From positions 2,820,001 through 2,852,000 of the forward strand of contig NZ_CP034549.1 of NCBI RefSeq assembly GCF_003966335.1: a stretch of DNA of 32,000 nt, read 5' to 3'. The first letter of the stretch is position 1, and every line of letters starts with the position of its first letter. Positions 20,392 through 27,792 of this stretch are shown here, one piece after another. The translations under genes and the position numbers were made by a program. The notes under the pieces were generated by a model. That model was not told the origin of the DNA and searched no databases. It saw only the letters and a program-made list of their open reading frames with translations. The DNA comes from Nonlabens ponticola (GTDB lineage Bacteria; Bacteroidota; Bacteroidia; Flavobacteriales; Flavobacteriaceae).

Positions 20392-21024
20392 ATGTTCATG
20401 AAAGTTCTTTTGGCAGATCATCATCCTCTATTTAGGCGTGGTATCAAAAGCATGATGAAAAGCAGTAAGAAATTCAACTTTAAAGGTAAGGTTGAAGATG
20501 GACGTTTCTTGATATCTGAAATTCAAAAATTATCTCCAGACATTCTTGTTCTTGAAGTTGATCTACCTAACTCTAATGGAGTAGGCGTTCTAAGAGAATT
20601 GAGAACCGAGTTTCCAGATCTTAAAGTACTAGTAGTAAGCTGTCATCCAGAAGAGATTTATGCTCATTCATCCATAAAAGCTGGAGCTAACGGGTACATT
20701 GCCAAAACAAGATCAGTCAAGGAAGTGAAAAAAGCTTTTGAGACTGTTGCAGCTGGGAAGAAATTTCTATCAGAGAATATTAAAAGAAAAGAAAGCAATA
20801 AAGCCACTAGCGCTGAAGTGCTGAGATTTAAAACACTTTCTACCAGAGAGATTGAGGTCCTTAACCTACTTTCAAGAGGTAAGCGCAATAAAGAGATCGC
20901 TCAATCACTAGCCATCAATGAGAAAACTGTAAGTACTTATAAGACTCGTTTACTCAAAAAGTTGAATGTAGATAACATTGCAGAGCTGATCCACCAGTCT
21001 CGATTGTTGCAAATTACCAACTAG
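20392..21024 (+). CDS. NarL/FixJ (LuxR C-terminal HTH) family response regulator, orphan and apparently atypical
   Basis: It has an N-terminal receiver-like domain and a C-terminal LuxR HTH (LSTREIEVLNLLSRGKRNKEIAQSLAINEKTVSTYKTRLLKKL). There is no histidine kinase in the window. Confidence 0.88.
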   Translation: MFMKVLLADHHPLFRRGIKSMMKSSKKFNFKGKVEDGRFLISEIQKLSPDILVLEVDLPNSNGVGVLRELRTEFPDLKVLVVSCHPEEIYAHSSIKAGANGYIAKTRSVKEVKKAFETVAAGKKFLSENIKRKESNKATSAEVLRFKTLSTREIEVLNLLSRGKRNKEIAQSLAINEKTVSTYKTRLLKKLNVDNIAELIHQSRLLQITN

Positions 21025-22979
21025 ATTACCCTATTCAATCGTTTACCTAGATCACGATAAAGAGCTTGATAGTTCTTTATTTGTGTTAATACTTCGAGAT
21101 TAGAAGCTTCTGGATCGCTGGATATATCATCCATAGCAGCATTCACTTTCTTATCAATCAATAACCTACGGAAGTTTAGAATCGTTTCAGTCAAATACCG
21201 ACTAATCATATCTTCTTTTTGAGTGACAAAAATTTGCTTGTCTTCCCAACGACTCAATGCATGTCTATCTTCATCCATAATGAGATCTGCTACCAGTTGT
21301 GCTTCTTGATCATCAAGCTCTGTCATGACGATGTTCATATCAATCTTGCCTTGCAGCAGCATCATATCGATGAGCTTAGGATAAAGATTCTTGAAGTAAG
21401 TATTGCTGAACTCAAACTCATCAGACTGTAGTTCTAGAAACATTTTTTCATACACTGGTCGCTCAGACTTCATCTGTTCCATCTCAATTTCACCTTCTAC
21501 GCTATCTTGATAAAACACCTCTTCAAACACCTCGCTGCGATCACCATACATGAGTAAGATTTTGATGAGCGTGCGCTCCAGTACTTCTCTTCTATCGACA
21601 GTCTCGCTGGCTACGGTCTCTACTTTTTTGAGTCTATCGACCTCTTTATCGCGACGCTGTTTATCTCTTGTTTGCGTTACGGATGCGTTGCGCACCTGGG
21701 CGAGAGTCGAGAACAGCACGTCTTCTCCTATTTCAAGGATCTCAGCACTTTCTCGCACAAATATCTCTCGTGAGATATCGTCTGGTATTTTGGCAATGCT
21801 TTGTACGATCTCGCGTATCATACTTGCCTTTTTTATGGGATCGCCTGCAGCCTCATCCTTGAGCAAGCTGGATTTGAACCTGATAAAATCTACCGCATTC
21901 TCACTTAAAAATTCCTGTATCTCGCTTTGTGTGTGAGATTTTGCAAAACTATCTGGATCTTCTCCTTCAGGAAACGTGCATACGCGCACATTCATCCCAG
22001 CTTCAAGAATAAGGTCAATACCACGTATAGCCGCGCGCATTCCAGCGGCATCACCATCATATAAAACAGTGATGTTTTTAGTAAGTCTGCTTATGAGCCT
22101 TATCTGGTCTGTCGTGAGCGCTGTACCAGAGCTGGATACCACATTTTGAACGCCAGCCTGATAGAGCTGGATGACATCCGTATAGCCTTCAACTAGATAA
22201 CATAGGTCCTCTTTGGCAATCGCCTGTTTTGCTTCATAGATGCCGTACAGTACTTTGGACTTGTCATAGATCTCACTTTGCGGCGAGTTGAGATATTTCG
22301 CTGCTTTTTTTGAACTGTCTAATATCCTGCCGCCAAAACCCAGCACACGACCCGACATACTGCGTATAGGAAACATCACGCGCCCCTTAAAGCGATCAAA
22401 TTGCTTATCTTCCTTAACAATCGTGAGACCTGTTTTCTCAAGAAACTCTAGCTTGTAGCCAGCCTTGATAGCAGCATCTGTAAGCGCACTCCAATTATCT
22501 GGAGAGTATCCCAGCTGGAAAAATTCAATGGTCTCATCACTAAAACCACGCTCTTTGAAATAGCTGTAGCCTACTGCTTTGCCTTCGCCGGTTTTAAGTT
22601 GATCATGAAACCACTGTGCCGTATATTTTGAGACCATAAACATGGACTCCTTCTCGTCCTGTTGTTGTTTTTGCTCATCAGTCTGCTCAGTCTCCTCGAT
22701 CTCAATACCGTACTTTTTGGCGAGGTATTTTATGGCTTCGGGATACGTGAGATGCTCGTGCTCCATGATAAAGGATACTGCCGTACCGCCTTTACCTGAT
22801 GAAAAATCCTTCCATATTTGCTTGACGGGCGACACCATAAAACTAGGTGTGCGCTCGTCTGAAAATGGGCTCAGGCCCTTGAAGTTGGATCCTGATTTCT
22901 TGAGCTGCACAAAATCACCTATCACCTCTTCTACCCTTGCGGTGTCAAAAACGGCATCTATGGTAGCTCTTGATATCAA
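21021..22979 (-). CDS. dnaG: DNA primase DnaG
   Basis: The N-terminus reads EEVIGDFVQLKKSGSNFKGLSPFSDERTPSFMVSP, which lacks the usual CHC2 Cys/His zinc ligands. The TOPRIM region has LVEGYTDV and YDGDAAG. The start codon is TTG at 22979, with an in-frame TAA two codons upstream. Confidence 0.93.
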   Translation of the reverse strand: MISRATIDAVFDTARVEEVIGDFVQLKKSGSNFKGLSPFSDERTPSFMVSPVKQIWKDFSSGKGGTAVSFIMEHEHLTYPEAIKYLAKKYGIEIEETEQTDEQKQQQDEKESMFMVSKYTAQWFHDQLKTGEGKAVGYSYFKERGFSDETIEFFQLGYSPDNWSALTDAAIKAGYKLEFLEKTGLTIVKEDKQFDRFKGRVMFPIRSMSGRVLGFGGRILDSSKKAAKYLNSPQSEIYDKSKVLYGIYEAKQAIAKEDLCYLVEGYTDVIQLYQAGVQNVVSSSGTALTTDQIRLISRLTKNITVLYDGDAAGMRAAIRGIDLILEAGMNVRVCTFPEGEDPDSFAKSHTQSEIQEFLSENAVDFIRFKSSLLKDEAAGDPIKKASMIREIVQSIAKIPDDISREIFVRESAEILEIGEDVLFSTLAQVRNASVTQTRDKQRRDKEVDRLKKVETVASETVDRREVLERTLIKILLMYGDRSEVFEEVFYQDSVEGEIEMEQMKSERPVYEKMFLELQSDEFEFSNTYFKNLYPKLIDMMLLQGKIDMNIVMTELDDQEAQLVADLIMDEDRHALSRWEDKQIFVTQKEDMISRYLTETILNFRRLLIDKKVNAAMDDISSDPEASNLEVLTQIKNYQALYRDLGKRLNRVI

Positions 22980-23058
22980 CTCTTAATTTTTGCTGGTTCA
23001 CCCCAATTTTTATATCAACACAGATAGTTGACGTCCCAAAAAGTAGGATCGTAAAAAT

Positions 23059-23113
23059 AGGGATTATTGATGGTCACGCTTTCGCGAAAGCGTAAAAACC
23101 ATTAACAATCCCT
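23059..23113 (-). terminator. Long imperfect inverted repeat with the iterated palindrome at its apex; probable terminator of the beta-barrel gene
   Basis: Outer arms AGGGATTATTGATGGT (23059-23074) and ACCATTAACAATCCCT (23098-23113) pair over 16 positions, with one G-U wobble and one mismatch when read as minus-strand RNA. The inner part is the 18-bp perfect palindrome ACGCTTTCGCGAAAGCGT. ATTTTTA follows on the minus strand. Confidence 0.5.
23078..23091. repeat. Iterated palindrome GCTTTCGCGAAAGC, copy 6 (intergenic, between the beta-barrel gene and dnaG)
   Basis: An exact 14-mer, palindromic over 18 bp as ACGCTTTCGCGAAAGCGT, nested in a 55-bp inverted repeat. Confidence 0.99.
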
Positions 23114-23133
23114 GCAATAAAAAGGCTGTTGTC

Positions 23134-23907
23134 TTATCTAAATCTAAAGCCGATGCTGGCGTACTGTTGATCTACAGGTGAATCCTTAAAAATACTATTG
23201 AGACCATATTTTGCAAAAATTTGTAATGCGCCGTTACCAACGTAGGCACTAAGACCATAGACAAAATCTTCCATCTCATAATCATTGTAACGTCGCGTGG
23301 TGACGTCGCGCCCTTCATTCTCAAACTTGAGCAATTGGTTTGTCGCGGCATTGATACCTAAGTATCCACCCAATCCTATCGTCCAACTTTCAACATCATC
23401 GTACCTAGTAACACCGTTGTCATAGGTTATTTTATCCTGCTTACCGAATTCAAGATGCACCGGCGCAATGATGGTAAGCTGTTCAAATTTTGATTTATCA
23501 ACGTTGAATCCGACTGGTTGTAATCTAGTAACGTCACCGCTAGTCTCAAACTCTTTATTATCGTTAATGCGCAGCGTTTGCCATTGAAACGACAAACCGT
23601 AATTGAAACGTACGGTGTTTGCCTTGTTTACTTTAGTGCTGAACTCCAATCCAAGCTCCCATATCCCAGAACCCCAAAAGCGGTAGTCCTCGCCAATACC
23701 GTTGTCATCGCCTAATGCTTGATTCCAGCCAACAGCAAAAACACCATTGGTGACCGTTTTTACATCGCGGTCCTCTCGTGAGCTATCAAAAGCGTCTAGA
23801 AAGTCGCTAGGCACTTCTTGAGTGTCCTGATCGTCATCGTTATCATCCTGCGCGTAGGACAGTGTAAATGCAAGTAAGCAAATTGATGAGAGAAAGAATT
23901 TTTTCAT
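23134..23907 (-). CDS. Outer-membrane beta-barrel-like protein (hypothetical), paralogous to the C-terminal half of the upstream gene
   Basis: It has the signal peptide MKKFFLSSICLLAFTLSYAQ, alternating beta-strand-like sequence, and an aromatic-rich C-terminus ASIGFRFR. The start is moved to the ATG at 23907 because the ATG at 23928 lies in the upstream terminator T-tract. Confidence 0.7.
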   Translation of the reverse strand: MKKFFLSSICLLAFTLSYAQDDNDDDQDTQEVPSDFLDAFDSSREDRDVKTVTNGVFAVGWNQALGDDNGIGEDYRFWGSGIWELGLEFSTKVNKANTVRFNYGLSFQWQTLRINDNKEFETSGDVTRLQPVGFNVDKSKFEQLTIIAPVHLEFGKQDKITYDNGVTRYDDVESWTIGLGGYLGINAATNQLLKFENEGRDVTTRRYNDYEMEDFVYGLSAYVGNGALQIFAKYGLNSIFKDSPVDQQYASIGFRFR

Positions 23908-23936
23908 AGGTTTTTGTTTTAATTTCATTAAAGATA

Positions 23937-23969
23937 AAAGAACCCTTGCGATAATTGAAAGGGTTCTTT
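23937..23969 (-). terminator. Rho-independent terminator between the two beta-barrel paralogues
   Basis: An 11-bp perfect stem, AAAGAACCCTT / AAGGGTTCTTT, encloses an 11-nt loop. TATCTTT follows on the minus strand. It lies 35 nt downstream of the stop at 24004. Confidence 0.6.
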
Positions 23970-24003
23970 ACTAGCTAACATGAAAACTTATCTTGGTCTT
24001 ACC

Positions 24004-25155
24004 TTAGTCTGTCTGTAATCTAATACCAAAAGCCACGTACTGCCCATCAACAGATCCGGATTGAAATATGTCATTTAAGCCAAGCCTACCAAATAATGAC
24101 CATGAGTCAAACCCAACATATGCATCAACTCCATAGACCAGTACTTGATTGTCAAATGCATTAATTGTAGTCTGTTTGATATCTGCGCCTGCTAGATCAT
24201 ATTTATACTTAAGTCTGCTACTCAAATTGAAACCAGCATAACCACCTATACCAAATTTGAGCTGATCATAATTGTAATATCTCTCGCGACCATCCTCGTA
24301 GGTTTTTTTATAGCGTGGACCAAATTCCAAGTGCATAGGAAATACGAATTGATCTTGTCTGAACTTCGCTTTATCCGCGTTAAAAGTCAATCGCTCAATC
24401 TGGGTATTATCAGGATCATCAATCGTAAAAGCTCTATTTCCATTAAGCTCAGTTCCTTGTGTTTGGTATTCTACACCGTATCGCCAGCGTATCGTCTGAC
24501 TCTTATTCAATGCAGTGATCCAAGTTATACCTAGGGAAAAGTAGTTGTTGTTTCCATAACTGAAATCGTCAATTCCTAAGTCATTACCATCAATAAAGTT
24601 ATACCCAAAGCCTAAAGACAAGCCAGATGTAGTTTTGATTTGCTTTTTATATTTATTAGTGTTCTTACCTATTTCAAACTCCATTGCCGTGTTGTTCAAT
24701 AGCTTTACGCCATCACTGCCAAGGGAAGCATAATTCAATTCAGTAGATTCAAATTTTAACTTTGCTTCAATAAGCTTATTGTATGCGTCAATTTTATCTG
24801 CATAAGTCTGTGCGGTAAGCTCTTTATCTCTGCTTGCCATCGCGGCTGTGTAAGCATCATTTTGCTCCTGACGCTGATTTATCTTTTCTATTTTCTCGGC
24901 TAATTCAGTGCGCTGATTAGATTCGTAAAGACGTCTATCTTCCTTAAGTTCATCAATGCGTTCCAATCTTTTGGTTTCACTTCTCAAGAAAGCCTTTTCA
25001 GAATTATAATAAAACTTCGAAACTTTTCCATCTACGGTGTCGGTAACCACGTAATATTCACCTTCCTGAACTCCCGTTTTTAAATTCTGCGAACGGCTTA
25101 AAAGGATGCCAGCAAATGATAAAGTTAATGTGATAAGTAATTTTTGATTTTTCAT
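24004..25155 (-). CDS. Hypothetical secreted protein: signal peptide, coiled-coil region, C-terminal beta-barrel-like domain
   Basis: It has the signal peptide MKNQKLLITLTLSFAGILLS and a charged, heptad-like region at about aa 60-150. The C-terminal domain aligns by eye with the 23134-23907 product (FNADKAKFRQDQFVFPMHLEFG vs FNVDKSKFEQLTIIAPVHLEFG, and YVAFGIRL vs YASIGFRF). Confidence 0.7.
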   Translation of the reverse strand: MKNQKLLITLTLSFAGILLSRSQNLKTGVQEGEYYVVTDTVDGKVSKFYYNSEKAFLRSETKRLERIDELKEDRRLYESNQRTELAEKIEKINQRQEQNDAYTAAMASRDKELTAQTYADKIDAYNKLIEAKLKFESTELNYASLGSDGVKLLNNTAMEFEIGKNTNKYKKQIKTTSGLSLGFGYNFIDGNDLGIDDFSYGNNNYFSLGITWITALNKSQTIRWRYGVEYQTQGTELNGNRAFTIDDPDNTQIERLTFNADKAKFRQDQFVFPMHLEFGPRYKKTYEDGRERYYNYDQLKFGIGGYAGFNLSSRLKYKYDLAGADIKQTTINAFDNQVLVYGVDAYVGFDSWSLFGRLGLNDIFQSGSVDGQYVAFGIRLQTD

Positions 25156-25232
25156 GATGCTTGTTTTTTTGATATTGAATTCCTGTCGGCACTAATTAAA
25201 ATGCTGATTATTATTGATTTATGTATTGTGGT

Positions 25233-25991
25233 TTAATTTCTGCTATCGATAAGCGCTACCGCTTCACGTTTCAAAATTTTAAAGCCGTCCTCGACAATAT
25301 TTTGAAGCCTGTCCTGTCGTCTCGCTTCCAGATCCCATTCCGTTTCTCGCAGTAGTTGTTGAGGATTTATTGACGCGTTGGTGATCATGGTTTTCGTTGC
25401 CTTGCTTTGTAAGGCTTGATCTAATAATCTATTAGCTTCGTCCTTTGGTGAGAGTGCAACATCAGCTGCTTTAGAACTAACGATGTCATCTGCGGGTTCA
25501 TCCATTGTGGATGGCTCTTCAATGATGGCAATGGCTTCTATCGGTTCAGATTGCGTAGCAATTGAAGATTTGTATGATTGTGATTTCGATTTGTTTCTTT
25601 CTTTGACAGTGCTTGTGGATCGTTTGGTGTCTTTTTTTATTCGCTTGGGTTCTGCAACAACTATAGCTTCTTGTAGGAACGGCTTTCTTTTACTTGACTT
25701 AACTTCTTCCGCATCTGGTTCAGTTGTTATGACTGATTCGCTACTAACATCATTTTCCAATACAACTGTATTTTCTGGTGACGAGCTCATTTCATTATTT
25801 GAAGTAATCACTGGTACTGCAATCAATCCTAAAATCAATATGGCCGCTATCGCGCCTAGCCAATAAATCACCGGTTTTTCATTGGTGCTTTTCTGTTCTG
25901 CATCTAGCATTCCTGATAATCGATCCCAAGAGTCTGCGCTAGGCTGGATCTCACGGTTATCAAATTTCTTCTTCATATTCTCAAGCTTCAT
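25233..25991 (-). CDS. Putative anti-sigma factor (single-pass membrane protein)
   Basis: It overlaps the 3' end of the ECF sigma gene by 11 nt. It has a short cytoplasmic N-terminus, one TM helix (IYWLGAIAAILILGLIAVPVI) and a low-complexity S/T/E/K-rich extracytoplasmic part. The call rests on context and topology only. Confidence 0.6.
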   Translation of the reverse strand: MKLENMKKKFDNREIQPSADSWDRLSGMLDAEQKSTNEKPVIYWLGAIAAILILGLIAVPVITSNNEMSSSPENTVVLENDVSSESVITTEPDAEEVKSSKRKPFLQEAIVVAEPKRIKKDTKRSTSTVKERNKSKSQSYKSSIATQSEPIEAIAIIEEPSTMDEPADDIVSSKAADVALSPKDEANRLLDQALQSKATKTMITNASINPQQLLRETEWDLEARRQDRLQNIVEDGFKILKREAVALIDSRN

Positions 25992-26544
25992 AATGTTTCT
26001 TCTTTAATAGGGTCAATTGTTCTTGTAACATCAATCGCGCCTTGCGGTATTGACTTTTGCTGGTATTCTCACTTATGGATAGCATGATGGCAATCTCGCG
26101 ATGTTTTAAACCGTCTAGTGCAAACATTACAAAAACACTTTTATAACCATCTGGCAAGGTGTCGATGCATTGCTGGATTTGATCAAGTGGCACATCTTCA
26201 CTATCATCTTCAACCACATCTTCAAACTGATCGTCATCGATCTCACTACTCCATTTATAGGTTTGCTTTTTACGTAGGCAGTTAAGACATTCACGTATCA
26301 TGATGCGTCGCACCCAACCTTCAAAACTTCCTTCGTGGTTAAAAGTATCCAGCTTAGTAAACACCTTTAAAAAACCATTGAGCATGATTTCTTCTGCGCT
26401 CTCTATAGGTGAGATGTATTGGCGGCAAACACTCAGCATTTTACCAGCGTGCTTATCGTATAGTCGACGTTGCGACTTGCGATCACCCTTTGCGGCTCGC
26501 TCGATAAGTTTTTTCTCGTTAGTGTATAGCTGAATCACCTTCAC
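25981..26544 (-). CDS. RNA polymerase ECF-type sigma-70 family factor
   Basis: 187 aa with region 2 (GDRKSQRRLYDKHAGKMLSVCRQYI, FEGWVRRIMIRECLNCLR) and region 4 (DGYKSVFVMFALDGLKHREIAIMLSISENTSKSQYRKARLML). The start is GTG at 26544, with an in-frame TAA two codons upstream. Confidence 0.9.
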   Translation of the reverse strand: MKVIQLYTNEKKLIERAAKGDRKSQRRLYDKHAGKMLSVCRQYISPIESAEEIMLNGFLKVFTKLDTFNHEGSFEGWVRRIMIRECLNCLRKKQTYKWSSEIDDDQFEDVVEDDSEDVPLDQIQQCIDTLPDGYKSVFVMFALDGLKHREIAIMLSISENTSKSQYRKARLMLQEQLTLLKKKHYEA

Positions 26545-26792
26545 AATTTACATGCTTTCTATTTACATAGACACAGGTGCATTTGAAAGGTTGTCTGGTG
26601 AGGTGAAAAAATGATAGTATTCTCTGCTTACTCTTACGTGAGCTCGGTTGTAACGGCTGCGCCGTGGCATTTCCCAAGAGGGAAAAGTTTATTTTTCTAA
26701 TGGAAACTTGGACGTTGAGAGGCGCGGTCCTCAATTTTAAACCTAAACTTGAAAATCCAAGGAAACATGAAACAGACCATCAACTAAAAAGC

Positions 26793-27683
26793 CTACTTGT
26801 TATCACCTTTATAGCCAAAACGCCTTAATTGTTTCTCATCACTACGCCAGTTCTTATTCACTTTTACATACAACTCAAGATGGACTTGCTTGCCGAAGAA
26901 TTTCTCAAGATCCTTCCTTGCCTCAACGCCTACGCGTTTTACCGCTGTCCCTTTATGACCTATAATGATTCCTTTTTGAGTCTCGCGCTCCACCATAATA
27001 ACTGATCGTATGCGGATGATATTCTCGTCCTCAAAAAACTCCTCAGTATCAATTTCTACTGAATACGGAATTTCTTTCTTGTAATGAATCAGGATTTTCT
27101 CGCGTATGCTCTCATTGACAAAAAAGCGTTCTGGCTTGTCAGTAAGAGCATCCTTGGGATAATAAGCCGGAGAAACTGGTAGTAATTCTATAATGCGGTT
27201 AAGCAATTGCGGTACACCAAAGTTTTCAAGTGCACTTATGGCAAAAATCTCAGCATTAGGCAAACGCTCTTTCCAATGGGACAAAGCTTCTGATAATTGG
27301 TTCTCGTCGCCTTTGTCAATTTTGTTGATGAGTACAATAACCGGAACTTCCGCAAAGGTTAATCGCTTTTCAAAGTCTTCATTTTTGAGCTCTTTCTCAC
27401 CTAGCTCTACCATATACAAGATGCAGTCTGCATCTTCAAAAGCATTCTTGACAAAATCCATCATGCTCTCTTGCAGCTTGTAAGCTGGTTTCATAATACC
27501 AGGTGTATCGCTCAATACCATCTGGAAGTCATCACCATTTACAATACCTAGAATCCTATGTCTAGTAGTTTGAGCCTTACTAGTAATGATAGACAAACGC
27601 TCACCTACCAGAGCATTCATGAGCGTGCTCTTACCTACATTAGGGTTTCCTACAATATTTACAAATCCTGCCTTGTGTTCCAT
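26793..27683 (-). CDS. era: GTPase Era
   Basis: It has G1 GNPNVGKSTLMN, G3 DTPG, G4 NKID and a C-terminal KH domain (VERETQKGIIIGHKGTAVKRVG). Confidence 0.95.
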   Translation of the reverse strand: MEHKAGFVNIVGNPNVGKSTLMNALVGERLSIITSKAQTTRHRILGIVNGDDFQMVLSDTPGIMKPAYKLQESMMDFVKNAFEDADCILYMVELGEKELKNEDFEKRLTFAEVPVIVLINKIDKGDENQLSEALSHWKERLPNAEIFAISALENFGVPQLLNRIIELLPVSPAYYPKDALTDKPERFFVNESIREKILIHYKKEIPYSVEIDTEEFFEDENIIRIRSVIMVERETQKGIIIGHKGTAVKRVGVEARKDLEKFFGKQVHLELYVKVNKNWRSDEKQLRRFGYKGDNK

Positions 27684-27778
27684 ACTGTAAAGTTAGTCCA
27701 ATTAAAAATCAATGACGCCAGCGTTATCACCAAGCGGTAAAATATTGTTAAGCGCATAGTATCATGGATTCAAAAAAT

Positions 27779-27786
27779 TATTTTTG
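27779..27786 (+). promoter_or_regulatory. Putative -7 box TATTTTTG for the MscS-family gene
   Basis: It matches TAnnTTTG and ends 6 nt before the first ATG (27793). This implies a leaderless or very short-leader mRNA, or use of the next ATG at 27796. Confidence 0.35.
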
Positions 27787-27792
27787 AAAGAT

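Noticed and set aside
26519-26734. A 71-aa minus-strand ORF spans the era-sigma spacer and overlaps the sigma start.
   Set aside because: I see no start context, no recognisable domain and an odd composition, and it overlaps the 5' end of the sigma gene out of frame. I treated the interval as non-coding (see the finding on the spacer).
27684-27792. I looked for a promoter for era in the era/mscS divergent spacer.
   Set aside because: Only near-matches to TAnnTTTG occur on the minus strand, such as TAACTTTA. I could not support a specific call.
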